Made by a program: the position numbers and the translations under genes | Part shown: positions 10,880 to 20,837 of the stretch, one piece after another | How the letters are laid out: each line of letters begins with the position of its first letter | Position numbering within the stretch: position 1 is the stretch's first letter | Notes under the pieces: model-generated | Seen by the model: only the letters and a program-made list of their open reading frames with translations | Database searches by the model: none | What the model was told of the DNA's origin: nothing | Origin: Candidatus Magasanikbacteria bacterium CG11_big_fil_rev_8_21_14_0_20_39_34 | GTDB taxonomy: Bacteria > Patescibacteriota > Patescibacteriia > Magasanikbacterales > UBA922 | Assembly (NCBI GenBank): GCA_002787355.1 | Contig: PCWN01000007.1 | Coordinates: 248,996 to 312,995, forward strand | Reading direction: 5' to 3' | Length of the DNA stretch: 64,000 nucleotides

Positions 10880-12373
10880 TTATTGTTTTTTAAATTCATC
10901 AAGAGCAAGTTTCAAATCCTCCACCACTTTATCATCCCACTTTCCTTCACGAATAGTTTCTAATAGTACAGATTTTGTACTTCTCATAAATTGAAGTAAT
11001 TTTTCTTCAACTCCACGAACATTTTCAACATTCTCTGCGTCCAAAAGTCCTTGGCTGGCTGCATATATTGATACAACTTGCTCCTCCACAAGCATTGGAC
11101 TGTATTGTGGTTGTTTCAGAAGTTCAGTAAAACGTCGTCCACGATCAATCTGCTTTTTGGTTTCTGGATCAAGATCTGAACTAAACTGTGCAAAGGCTTC
11201 CAACTCTCGAAACTGGGCCAAACTGAGTTTCAAGGTACCGGCAACTTTTTTCATTGGTTTGGTTTGAGCTGCTCCACCTACACGAGACACAGACAACCCA
11301 ACGTTAATAGCTGGTCGAACGCCTTTGTAGAAGAGATCACTCTCAAGATAAATCTGTCCATCGGTAATAGAAATAACATTCGTAGGAATATATGCAGATA
11401 CATCTCCTGCCTGTGTCTCAATAATTGGCAACGCAGTAATAGAACCTCCGCCATATTTGGTATTCAAACGACATGATCTCTCCAAAAGACGTGAGTGAAG
11501 ATAAAACACATCTCCAGGATACGCTTCACGTCCTGGTGGACGGCGCAAAAGTAATGACATTTCACGATATGCCCAAGCCTGTTTTGTAAGATCATCGTAC
11601 ACAATCAATACATCCTGTCCTTTGTCTGCAAAGTATTCTGCCATGGCAACTCCAGAATATGGAGCTAAATAACTCATAGGTGCTGGTTCTGAGGCTCCGG
11701 CTGTCACCACAATGGTGTAATCCATAGCTCCAAGTTCTTTCAAACGAGCAACAATGCGTGCAACTTTGGATTCCTTTTGTCCAATTGCAACGTAAACACA
11801 GGTCATGTTTTGTCCCTTTTGATTGAGGATAGTGTCAATGGCAATAGAGGTTTTTCCGGTCTGACGATCCCCAATAATCAACTCACGTTGACCACGTCCT
11901 ACCGGAGTCATCGCATCAATTGCTTTGATACCAGTTTGCATAGGAACACTTACGGGTTCACGAGACATCACACCAGAAGCAACTCGTTCGAGTGGATATT
12001 TTTTTGAAGTTTTCAATTCACCTAATCCATCTACCGGTTCACCAAGTGCATTCACCACGCGTCCAATAAGTGCCTCTCCTACGGGAACGGACATAATTTG
12101 TCCGGTTCTCTTTACGGTGTCCCCTTCTTTAATGGCTTTAAAATCCCCCAAAATAATTGCACCAACCGTTTCTTCTTCAAGGTTTAATGCAAGGCCTTTA
12201 ATTCCACCAGGAAATTCAAGCATTTCTTGTGCCTGACATTTTTCCAATCCGGTCATACGAGCAATACCATCTCCAACGGCAATAACGGTTCCAATTTCCT
12301 CAACCTTTATTTCAGTTTTTGATGCTTCAATTTGTTTCTTTAAATTGGCAACGATTTGATCTGTGTGTGACAT
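10880..12373 (-). CDS. atpA: F1 ATP synthase alpha subunit
   Basis: It has GDRQTGKTS Walker A over 497 aa, in the conserved operon order. Confidence 0.95.
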   Translation of the reverse strand: MSHTDQIVANLKKQIEASKTEIKVEEIGTVIAVGDGIARMTGLEKCQAQEMLEFPGGIKGLALNLEEETVGAIILGDFKAIKEGDTVKRTGQIMSVPVGEALIGRVVNALGEPVDGLGELKTSKKYPLERVASGVMSREPVSVPMQTGIKAIDAMTPVGRGQRELIIGDRQTGKTSIAIDTILNQKGQNMTCVYVAIGQKESKVARIVARLKELGAMDYTIVVTAGASEPAPMSYLAPYSGVAMAEYFADKGQDVLIVYDDLTKQAWAYREMSLLLRRPPGREAYPGDVFYLHSRLLERSCRLNTKYGGGSITALPIIETQAGDVSAYIPTNVISITDGQIYLESDLFYKGVRPAINVGLSVSRVGGAAQTKPMKKVAGTLKLSLAQFRELEAFAQFSSDLDPETKKQIDRGRRFTELLKQPQYSPMLVEEQVVSIYAASQGLLDAENVENVRGVEEKLLQFMRSTKSVLLETIREGKWDDKVVEDLKLALDEFKKQ

Positions 12374-12374
12374 A

Positions 12375-12767
12375 CTACTGTTGAATTAATTCTCGTTTTA
12401 GTACTTCAAGTTGTGTTTTTATACTTCCATCTAGGATTTTATCTCCAGTATTGAGGATAATCCCTCCTATGATTGACTCATCAATCTCAGATTGTATATT
12501 TACTTTTTTTCCAAAACTTTTTTTTATTGCATCCAATGTAGAAGGCGCCAGTTTCTTTGCACTTTTTACTTGAATATCAAGTATACCTTCCTTTTTTTTT
12601 GCATATTTTTCAAACTCGGCAATGATATAGTTTACTTTTGAAAAAACGTACTCCCCCTTCAAAAAATTGATAAACTCAGCAATGGCAAGTTCCAACTCTT
12701 CTCCCTTCTTTCCCAACGTTATCTCGTAGAGAATCTTTGCATATTGTCGTGGAATCATTTTAGCCAT
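12375..12767 (-). CDS. atpH: F1 ATP synthase delta subunit (short form, 130 aa)
   Basis: It sits between atpF and atpA, with an OSCP-like C-terminal region. Confidence 0.65.
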   Translation of the reverse strand: MAKMIPRQYAKILYEITLGKKGEELELAIAEFINFLKGEYVFSKVNYIIAEFEKYAKKKEGILDIQVKSAKKLAPSTLDAIKKSFGKKVNIQSEIDESIIGGIILNTGDKILDGSIKTQLEVLKRELIQQ

Positions 12768-12788
12768 AAAACCTTACTAAAAAAGAAA

Positions 12789-13295
12789 TTATTTTAATGA
12801 CGCAAGGATATCTTTAATATATTTTTCATCCTTTTTATCATTCAACTTCTCATGGATAATCTTCTCAACTGCAAGAACAACTAGCTCAATCGTCTCACGG
12901 CGCAAAGCATCTCGCATATCGGCTCTATCAATTTCTATATTCTTCTTTGCTTGTGCAATCAAAAGTTCAATTTCCTCTTTTGCCTTTTTCTTCATTTGTT
13001 CTCCTGCTCCCACTGCCTGTTGATGCGAATTTTCAACAATTTTATTGGCTTCAACTTTTGCATTATCAATAATATCCTGTGCCTTTTTTTCTGCCATCTG
13101 CAAATCAGTTTTTGACTTCTCATAGTTCTCCATTCCTTCTGTCATCTTACTTTGTCGTTCATCGATAACCTTCATGATGGGCTTAAATGCAAATTTTTTC
13201 AAAAGCCAGAAGACAACCAAAAAGTTAATAAGGTTGAAAAGTCCCATGTGCCATTCAAAACCAATTTTTCCAAGCGTTTCAAGTATATAATTCAT
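12789..13295 (-). CDS. atpF: F0 ATP synthase subunit b
   Basis: An N-terminal TM helix followed by a long charged coiled coil, at the expected operon position. Confidence 0.7.
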   Translation of the reverse strand: MNYILETLGKIGFEWHMGLFNLINFLVVFWLLKKFAFKPIMKVIDERQSKMTEGMENYEKSKTDLQMAEKKAQDIIDNAKVEANKIVENSHQQAVGAGEQMKKKAKEEIELLIAQAKKNIEIDRADMRDALRRETIELVVLAVEKIIHEKLNDKKDEKYIKDILASLK

Positions 13296-13368
13296 ATATA
13301 AAAAATGCTAAATTATACGGATTCATAACCCCCCAAGTTATGAATACGCACAATGCGTATTCTTAACC

Positions 13369-13584
13369 TTAAATAAGAAAGAATGCCACAAAGGCGTAGA
13401 TAGCGGTAGATTCTGCAAGCGCAACACCAATAATCATTTTGGTGAAAAGGCTTCCTTCGATCTTAGGATTTCTCCCCATTGCCTCAAAGGCTTTTCCGAT
13501 GAGATATCCCTCGCCGATTGCTGAACCAAACATGGAAAGGGTGCAAATTCCCTTTGCAATAAGTCTTGCTGCTTCTAGTTCCAT
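13369..13584 (-). CDS. atpE: F0 ATP synthase subunit c
   Basis: A 71-aa two-helix hairpin protein with the conserved carboxylate in helix 2 (ALAESTAIYAFVAFF). Confidence 0.8.
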   Translation of the reverse strand: MELEAARLIAKGICTLSMFGSAIGEGYLIGKAFEAMGRNPKIEGSLFTKMIIGVALAESTAIYAFVAFFLI

Positions 13585-13624
13585 AGGACTATATTAAGTA
13601 ACTAAATAAAAATAAATAAACCAG

Positions 13625-14416
13625 TTATACTGTGACTTCCTCTTCTTTCTGTACCGCCAAACCGTAATATGCTGCAGTTAATGCTCCAAATACGAGCGCT
13701 TGCAACACTCCTACAAAAATATTCATAGCCAACCATGGGGCAGGTACCACCGCAGCAAAAGCCCCCAGCAATATGGCTGCAAGCATATCTCCCGCAAACA
13801 TATTTCCAAACAAACGTAAAGACAGTGAAATAACTTTTGCAAATTCAGAAACAATATCCAGAAGTCCAATCAAAAAATCGATTATCGCAATAAATCCTTC
13901 ACCAATACTTTTTTTAAATCCTTCATATACTCCCTTAAATTTAAAAAATTTTCCTAAATGCCCAAAAAAACCAAAGGTTTTCATACTTTCATATTGTGTC
14001 CAAAGTACCATAGCAAGAGCGATACTAAATGTAGTATTAAAGTCATTGGTTGGGGTACGGAAGATAGATATCCCTTCATAGGTGATCGAGGTCAGTCCAG
14101 GAATAAGCGCAATAGTATTTGAAAATGCAATAAAAATAAAAAGAGAACCAATGAGTGGAAGGAGCTTACGGGCAGCTTCTTTTCCACCAGCAATTGATTC
14201 TAATAGTCCCAAGAAGAGCTCAAAGATCATTTCTATCGCAGTTTGGAGCTTTGTTGGGGAAAGTTTTTTATGTTTTCGCAGCACTATCAGAAAAAGGATA
14301 AAAAGTAAGGTAACAAAAATGCTCATTATCATTGCATTTGTTACCTGAAGACTACCGATATGTGTGACGATCTCAGGTTGTACAGTTGGTTTTTCTGCTT
14401 GTACCTGGAAAAACAT
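13625..14416 (-). CDS. atpB: F0 ATP synthase subunit a
   Basis: A polytopic membrane protein with the conserved Arg helix (LSLRLFGNMFAGD). Confidence 0.85.
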   Translation of the reverse strand: MFFQVQAEKPTVQPEIVTHIGSLQVTNAMIMSIFVTLLFILFLIVLRKHKKLSPTKLQTAIEMIFELFLGLLESIAGGKEAARKLLPLIGSLFIFIAFSNTIALIPGLTSITYEGISIFRTPTNDFNTTFSIALAMVLWTQYESMKTFGFFGHLGKFFKFKGVYEGFKKSIGEGFIAIIDFLIGLLDIVSEFAKVISLSLRLFGNMFAGDMLAAILLGAFAAVVPAPWLAMNIFVGVLQALVFGALTAAYYGLAVQKEEEVTV

Positions 14417-14419
14417 AGT

Positions 14420-14707
14420 TTATTCTTTTTCTGAATTGAGAAGTTTTTCTTCCTCTTCTTGTACATCCAGCGCATCATATTGGCGTTGAAGTTTCAGATA
14501 GATTCTAATAGTGAGAACCCATGAAAGTATGAAACTTATCAAAAGTATACTGAGAGTTCCATAGGGCTTTATGGAGTAAGTTGTATCAATCCACTTCCCT
14601 ATGAAAAATGCTGCCAATGCTGGAAGAGCAAATATAGCCAGAATCTGAAACATCATTCTAAATGTTTTCTGGACGAGTTCTTCCTTTTTTTGGTATATAG
14701 TCTTCAT
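14420..14707 (-). CDS. Small two-TM protein upstream of atpB, possibly AtpZ/AtpI-like
   Basis: A 95-aa protein with 2 TM helices, immediately upstream of atpB on the same strand (a 3-nt gap). Confidence 0.35.
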   Translation of the reverse strand: MKTIYQKKEELVQKTFRMMFQILAIFALPALAAFFIGKWIDTTYSIKPYGTLSILLISFILSWVLTIRIYLKLQRQYDALDVQEEEEKLLNSEKE

Positions 14708-14802
14708 ATGAAAAACAGCGTTGAAAACGCCGGTATTATACAGATTTTATTTAAATAGGTCAAGTATTTTTTTAAATAAGTTTTTGTGTATAACTCTCAT
14801 CT

Positions 14803-15261
14803 TCAGCTTTTGCCTTGCTTTAGCGCTAAATCTTTAGAAAATAGTATCCTGTTCTCTTGTACAGACTCTGCCGGTTCTACCGAAACAATACAAAAACCAT
14901 GAGAAACGAGATAGGAAAGCATCTCACGCCTTGAGTTGCGAGTTTTTATCGTCATATGTGAATACCCCCTTTTTTGAGCAAAATCAATTCCAAAATCTAT
15001 CATTGCACTCAAAATGCCCTTCCTTCTATATTCTGGGTTTACTCCTGCCATCCAACAGTAAAATGCCCCATCCCCTTCTTTATCATACCATACGCTATAT
15101 CCTATTGGTTCGTCACCTTCATACGCACACAAAAAAAGTGAAGTCTTCCCCTGACAACGTTGTAAAAAATATTCTTCATCAAATGTCCCTGTATCGGTAA
15201 ATTCCTTTACGGTTCTATTTACTCTTACAATGTCTCCAATAGGAGATTCTCTTACTATCAT
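14803..15261 (-). CDS. GNAT family N-acetyltransferase
   Basis: It carries the acetyl-CoA binding motif RRKGILSAMIDFGIDFAQKRGY (Q/RxxGxG/A). Confidence 0.7.
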   Translation of the reverse strand: MIVRESPIGDIVRVNRTVKEFTDTGTFDEEYFLQRCQGKTSLFLCAYEGDEPIGYSVWYDKEGDGAFYCWMAGVNPEYRRKGILSAMIDFGIDFAQKRGYSHMTIKTRNSRREMLSYLVSHGFCIVSVEPAESVQENRILFSKDLALKQGKS

Positions 15262-16100
15262 AGAGGAAGCTGAAAAAGAGTTTTTGCATTTTGGGTGGTT
15301 ATTTTTTCCGCTTCTTCATATGAAAGCTCACGTACCTTTGCAAACATCCGTACAACCTCTTCTACCAAAAAAGGTTCATTCCGTTTTCCACGATTGATTT
15401 GTGGAGTAAGGTATGGTGAATCTGTCTCCACCACAACCCGGTCCAAAGGGATCTTGTTTACCACCTCCAATAGCCATTCCTGTGGTAAAGGATCTGTTTT
15501 CTTGGGTGGAAAAGTAATAACCCCCGTAAATCCTAAGTAAAATCCCATATCTAAATACTTTTCTGCATGATCCCAATTACTGGTATAACAATGAATGGTG
15601 CCTTTTGGAAGTACCTCTAACTGAGAAAGCATCTCTATCAACTCGTCATGTGCATCTCTACAATGAATAACCATGGGAAGATTATGCAGAAGGGCAAAAC
15701 GTATATGATCCTGAAAAACAGATCTTTGTTTTTCTAAAACCTCTTCTTTGGATATATCTTTTGGAATATGGAAAAGATCCAAACCACACTCTCCTATTGC
15801 AATGACTTTTTCATGTTTGGCAAGATCTGCGTAATAGTCCCAATCAAAACTTTCCTCACGGGAAAGAAAGCTACTTTCTTCTTCATCTACGTGCGTAGAA
15901 TGAAGATGAATAGGATGAGTCCCAATACTCGCATAAATATTTTCGTATTGTTCTGCAAGCTCAACCGCCATTCTACTCGTGTCTTTCTGTGTGCCAACCA
16001 TATTCATGAGAACTCCTTTTTCCAAGGATTTTTTCAGCACGGCCTCTCTATCATTTTTGTAGGCTTGAAATTGTATATGACAATGCGTATCAAATAACAT
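15258..16100 (-). CDS. tatD: TatD family metal-dependent DNase/hydrolase
   Basis: The N-terminal MLFDTHCHIQF HxH motif and the TIM-barrel hydrolase pattern over 280 aa. Confidence 0.85.
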   Translation of the reverse strand: MLFDTHCHIQFQAYKNDREAVLKKSLEKGVLMNMVGTQKDTSRMAVELAEQYENIYASIGTHPIHLHSTHVDEEESSFLSREESFDWDYYADLAKHEKVIAIGECGLDLFHIPKDISKEEVLEKQRSVFQDHIRFALLHNLPMVIHCRDAHDELIEMLSQLEVLPKGTIHCYTSNWDHAEKYLDMGFYLGFTGVITFPPKKTDPLPQEWLLEVVNKIPLDRVVVETDSPYLTPQINRGKRNEPFLVEEVVRMFAKVRELSYEEAEKITTQNAKTLFQLPL

Positions 16101-16103
16101 AGA

Positions 16104-17891
16104 TTATTCTTCTATTTCAAAGTGAAAATCTTTATATTCATTCCCATCAAGTTTACTTTTGCTCAGAAAATCATCCATAAATAGTTTTGATTCATTTTCA
16201 TCCATCAAGTCCACCTGACTTTCAACACTTTTCAATGGGAAGGGATAAACAGAAATACTTTTTCCATCTAAAAGAATACCAACACTCAGTCCTTCCTGCG
16301 TTTCTTTTGAAAAATATTGATCAAACACAAAATTTCCCAACGAATAAAATATAGGCCTATTGTGATATATTTCCATTTCTTCTACAACATGTGGATGATG
16401 CCCTATGACCATATCTGCCCCAGCATCTATAAAAGTATGTGCAAGCATTTGTTGGCGAGTATTTGAAATATTTTTATATTCTACACCCCAATGAATATTT
16501 ATTATTATATAATCTACTTCAGAACGAAGGTCTTTCAAGAGCGACTCCATATCGGACACACGAAGTGGTGTAAGCGTATCATCAACACCCACAAAAGCAA
16601 TCTTTTTTTGTGAAATTTCTTTTATAAAAACTGAATCCGTTTTTGAAATTTGCAATGGTTTTCCGTAAAAATCTATGCCAGCATTTGCAAGATTTTTCTT
16701 TGACTCCTCAAAACCTGCACTCCCCATGTCTAAACTATGGTTGTTGGCAAGATTAAAGAGATTGAAATGATACTGTGTCAACATTGGAATAAGTTCTGGT
16801 TCAAATCGGAAAGCAATACTTTTACTGGTAGCCCGTCGAGTATCCGCAAAGGGACCTTCCAAATTTGCAGCGAGAATATCTTGACCAACAAACAGTCCTT
16901 TTTGAGGTTGAGTAATTTTGCTCAAAGGATATTCACTCCCAAAATTTTTGATATGATTTGCGACGTTTCTATCGAGCATAAGGTCACCAAAATTTACTAA
17001 AGAAATCATCACCTGCTCAAGCTTTTCCCCGTCCCCAAACAAGAATTCATTGGAGGAATTCCCTTCATAAAGAACCTTTTGTGATCTAAGTTGTTCCATC
17101 AACTGCAAAAAGAGATATTCTTCAGGAAGCATTTTTGGTTCCTGCATATCAAAAGAAAAATTCCGGAGAGCATGCAAAGCTTTTTCTTTCTGGAAAAAAG
17201 ATACTGATGCATTATCATATTTTGGATACTGTACTGATGATATAACCACAGAATCTTTAGGCAGTTCCTCTGCTAACTTTTTGGCAAGTTCACGAAGAGA
17301 ATCTTCCGAAAATGACTCTCCAAGTAATACAGAAACTATCCGAGCTTTCGGCAAAAATTTTGCAATTGGTGGAATGAAAAAATTCATTTCCTGATTCTGT
17401 ACAAATACAGAATCATTTTTTTCTAATGAAAATTCTTCAGAAATATTGTTTACAATTTTTCTATCTGAGCGAAGCAGCCCATATTCTGTTACAAAGTCAA
17501 AATCGGTGACATATGCCTTTGTCTGCGAATAAGAAGATCCAGCAGCCCCTAAAATAACAATGACTGATGGATGTTGCCCTGCAAGTTCTTTGGCAAAAGA
17601 AGGAAACATATCTTGTGAACTACTCGCAAAAGTAAAAATACCTCCACGTATATCTGCAGGAAATGGTGGAAGTGTAAATGGATTTTCCGGTTCTCTCCCT
17701 TGTGGAGTAATAGGAATCTCCCCTTTTGGCGTGTAATGATAGGGATTGAGTTGCAATATTGCCTGAGAAAATGCCGTCTGTGCCTCGAGGGAACGTACCC
17801 AAAAAGTAGCCGCAGCACTAACTGCCAAAAAAATGACTAAAACCAATGAGAGGAGACGAATGTATCTTTTACCAATGTGTGTATAGGACAT
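16104..17891 (-). CDS. Membrane-anchored CapA/PGA_cap family metallophosphoesterase with an N-terminal extension of about 290 aa of unknown function
   Basis: An N-terminal TM segment. The C-terminal half has NFGDLMLDR ... GHHPHVVEEMEIYHNRPIFYSLGNFVFDQ, characteristic of CapA-type metallophosphatases. Confidence 0.65.
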   Translation of the reverse strand: MSYTHIGKRYIRLLSLVLVIFLAVSAAATFWVRSLEAQTAFSQAILQLNPYHYTPKGEIPITPQGREPENPFTLPPFPADIRGGIFTFASSSQDMFPSFAKELAGQHPSVIVILGAAGSSYSQTKAYVTDFDFVTEYGLLRSDRKIVNNISEEFSLEKNDSVFVQNQEMNFFIPPIAKFLPKARIVSVLLGESFSEDSLRELAKKLAEELPKDSVVISSVQYPKYDNASVSFFQKEKALHALRNFSFDMQEPKMLPEEYLFLQLMEQLRSQKVLYEGNSSNEFLFGDGEKLEQVMISLVNFGDLMLDRNVANHIKNFGSEYPLSKITQPQKGLFVGQDILAANLEGPFADTRRATSKSIAFRFEPELIPMLTQYHFNLFNLANNHSLDMGSAGFEESKKNLANAGIDFYGKPLQISKTDSVFIKEISQKKIAFVGVDDTLTPLRVSDMESLLKDLRSEVDYIIINIHWGVEYKNISNTRQQMLAHTFIDAGADMVIGHHPHVVEEMEIYHNRPIFYSLGNFVFDQYFSKETQEGLSVGILLDGKSISVYPFPLKSVESQVDLMDENESKLFMDDFLSKSKLDGNEYKDFHFEIEE

Positions 17892-17949
17892 GCTATAACA
17901 TTAAAATATATTCAATATAACTGACGTCAAAGAAAAAGAGAATCTTACA

Positions 17950-18489
17950 TTACGGTAATACTACACCTTCTACATAATTGACACTTGATTCTATAATTTT
18001 GAGTGCTGCTGGAAAAAGTGGCCACAAAACAGCACCAATCTCTATGGCAACCGGAGCAAATTGAGAACTTCCCAGAGCGTCAGTAAGATGTTCATTTATG
18101 GGGAAACGCTCAATGAAGTACAGAATAATACCAATAGAAATAACTCCTTCAAAAAAACCAAGTGCCAGTCCTAAAAGCCTATTTATTGATTTTATAAAAG
18201 GTAATCTTGTAACGACATGCAATACTTTGTCTATAAAGAAAAAAGCAAGTCCTACTAATCTATTGATGACAATAAAGGCAACAATGAAAGTGGTTACCTT
18301 TGGCCAATTACTCCCCCAACCAGTAACATGAACAATCCAACTTGCAACAGGTTCGTAGTAATGACTCGACAGGTACACTCCAAGGATGGTTCCAAGAAGA
18401 CTGCCCAAGGTATGGATAAAACCAAACCAAAAACCAAATAATGCAAATCCTCCTACAACAACAAGGATAATTATATCGAGGAGTTCCAT
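17950..18489 (-). CDS. cvpA: CvpA family membrane protein
   Basis: A 179-aa, 4-TM protein with the N-terminus MELLDIIILVVVGGFALFGFWFG typical of the colicin V production protein family. Confidence 0.65.
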   Translation of the reverse strand: MELLDIIILVVVGGFALFGFWFGFIHTLGSLLGTILGVYLSSHYYEPVASWIVHVTGWGSNWPKVTTFIVAFIVINRLVGLAFFFIDKVLHVVTRLPFIKSINRLLGLALGFFEGVISIGIILYFIERFPINEHLTDALGSSQFAPVAIEIGAVLWPLFPAALKIIESSVNYVEGVVLP

Positions 18490-18524
18490 ATTTTTTTGTG
18501 TTTAAACAAAATTAAAAATAGGTA

Positions 18525-20027
18525 TTATGACTCCAAACGCTTAAAAAGGATCTCCCCTTTTGTCACTTCATTCCCCTTTGCAAGAACTCCCCATGCACGT
18601 GCTTGTTCTCCTTGTATTTGTTCGTGTGAAATATGAAGACTTTTTAATATATTTTCAGCAGATTCTGGAAGAAGTGGAAAAAAAGCAATTGCAAGATGTC
18701 TCAAGGATTCCACAAGAACATACAAAAGTGCATCAATGGATTCTCCATTCTTTGCTTTTTCCCAAGGTTTTTCTTCAGATATTTTTGCATCACATTTTGC
18801 GACAAAGCTATTGAGTTCGCGTACAACCTCATCAAAAGAAAATTTTCCAAAAGATTTATCATATCGCCCCCAAAAAGCCCGCACATCAAAAATATCCTCA
18901 CTCTTTTCTGGAATCTTTCCATCACTGTACTTTTCAATCATGGTCAGGATTCTGGAAGTAAGATTTCCTAAACCATTTACCAAATGAGCGGTGTAAAATT
19001 CTTCAAAACGCCTTGTCGAAAAGTCTCCATCCTCATAGGATGGAAGAGCTCCCAAAAGGTAAAAACGCACAGGATCAGTCCCATATTTTTCTACTACATC
19101 CACTGGATTTACCACATTCCCGAGGCTTTTACTCATCTTTTGTCCTTCACTGGTAATAAATCCATGGATAAAAATCTGCTTAGAACTTTCCAGTCCGGCA
19201 GAAAGCAACATTGCCTGCCACATCGCAGATTGCTGTCTTAAGTTATCCTTTCCTGCTACCTGAACTCCCGGCCAATAGGCTCTAAAGTTTTCCTCATCCT
19301 CTGGCCATCCAAGTGTGGAAATATAGTTTACCAAGGCATCAAACCAAACATACATAACATGCGTATCGTCTCCAGGCACAGGAACTCCCCATGGCATTTT
19401 TTCTTTTAATCGTGAAATACTAAAATCCTGTAAACCACCCTCAACAAATTTTCGTATTTCATCCAATCTATGTGCTGGTACTACAAAATCTGGACGTTCA
19501 GAATAGAGTTGCAAAAGTTTCTCTTGGAAAGCGGAAAAACGGAAAAAATAATTCTCCTCTTCTATAAGCTCAATATCGTACTTGATATGCAGCGGACATT
19601 TTCCATCTACCAACTCCGAGTCTGTTTTTTCTAATTCACAACCAACACAATATTTTACTTGATAATTTTTTTTGTAGATATCTCCATTTGCATCACACCG
19701 TTTCCAAAATTCTTGTGCCGCTTGTTTGTGATGAGGATCCGTTGTACGAATAAAATTTGTATAACTGAGATTCAATAACTCGCGCAAAGAATGAAAACGC
19801 GCAGCATATTGATCACAATAGTCTTGAGTATCAATACCCATTTCTTCTGCCTTTCGGTGAATTTTTAGCCCATGCTCGTCCGTACCGGTATTAAATACAA
19901 CCTCTTTTCCAAGAAGTCTTTCATACCGAACCAGAGCATCCGCTTGTATCATTTCCAAAGCAAATCCAATATGTGGGTCTGCATTTACATAGGGCAAGGT
20001 GGTTGTAAGATAATATTTTTCTTTCAT
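18525..20027 (-). CDS. metG: Methionyl-tRNA synthetase (class I, short form)
   Basis: It has the HIGH-like motif PYVNADPHIGFALE, the KMSKS motif KMSKSLGNVV, and Cys-containing zinc knuckles. Confidence 0.9.
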   Translation of the reverse strand: MKEKYYLTTTLPYVNADPHIGFALEMIQADALVRYERLLGKEVVFNTGTDEHGLKIHRKAEEMGIDTQDYCDQYAARFHSLRELLNLSYTNFIRTTDPHHKQAAQEFWKRCDANGDIYKKNYQVKYCVGCELEKTDSELVDGKCPLHIKYDIELIEEENYFFRFSAFQEKLLQLYSERPDFVVPAHRLDEIRKFVEGGLQDFSISRLKEKMPWGVPVPGDDTHVMYVWFDALVNYISTLGWPEDEENFRAYWPGVQVAGKDNLRQQSAMWQAMLLSAGLESSKQIFIHGFITSEGQKMSKSLGNVVNPVDVVEKYGTDPVRFYLLGALPSYEDGDFSTRRFEEFYTAHLVNGLGNLTSRILTMIEKYSDGKIPEKSEDIFDVRAFWGRYDKSFGKFSFDEVVRELNSFVAKCDAKISEEKPWEKAKNGESIDALLYVLVESLRHLAIAFFPLLPESAENILKSLHISHEQIQGEQARAWGVLAKGNEVTKGEILFKRLES

Positions 20028-20052
20028 ATTAAGTGTAGATCGAATAAGGTTC

Positions 20053-20781
20053 TTAAGTATTATACCCCTTTGGACTTACCACAAGGACAAACTCCCCCTT
20101 ATCCGGGATATCCAGAGAGAGTATATCTGAAAGCGTTCCCCTATAGATGCTCTCAAACTTTTTTGTAAGCTCCCGACACACCACCATGGTCCTGTTTTCA
20201 TCAAGCACCTCACTCATTTCCTGTAGACATTTTTTTATTCTATGACTTGATTCAAAAAAGGATACTGTATATTTTGATTCAGATACTTCCTCTAAAAATT
20301 TCCTTCGCTTATTTTTGTGGGGAATAAAACCTAAAAAGAGAAACTTATCTGTAGGGAATCCTGATACTGCAAGTGCTGCAGTAAGAGAACTTGCACCAGG
20401 AATGGGCACAATGTCTATTGCTTCTTCTCCTCTATATTTATTGGTAATGTAGTCTATCAAGACGTTCCCAGGGTCACTTATACCTGGGGTCCCAGCATCG
20501 CTTACCAAGGCAAGGTTTTTTCCTTGTGATAAAAGATCACAAATATGCTGAATTTTTTGATCATTACTGTGGTGATGATAACTCTGCGTTGAGACAGAAA
20601 TTTCATACCTATTCAGGATCTTTTGGGTCACACGTGTATCCTCACACAAAACCAGGTCTACCGTTTTGAGGATCTCCAAAGCACGAAGCGTAATATCTTC
20701 GAGATTTCCAATAGGTGTTGAAACAATATAGAGTGTACCAAACATATGCCAAATAGTACCAAATTTAGTGCATTTTTGCAA
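20053..20781 (-). CDS. rsmI: 16S rRNA (cytidine1402-2'-O)-methyltransferase RsmI
   Basis: The tetrapyrrole-methylase-fold N-terminus LYIVSTPIGNLEDITLRALEILKTVDLVLCEDTR. Confidence 0.85.
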   Translation of the reverse strand: MQKCTKFGTIWHMFGTLYIVSTPIGNLEDITLRALEILKTVDLVLCEDTRVTQKILNRYEISVSTQSYHHHSNDQKIQHICDLLSQGKNLALVSDAGTPGISDPGNVLIDYITNKYRGEEAIDIVPIPGASSLTAALAVSGFPTDKFLFLGFIPHKNKRRKFLEEVSESKYTVSFFESSHRIKKCLQEMSEVLDENRTMVVCRELTKKFESIYRGTLSDILSLDIPDKGEFVLVVSPKGYNT

Positions 20782-20837
20782 ATATAGGAAAAGATAAAAA
20801 AATTTGTTATACTATATGAGTCATTTATCAGTATTTT

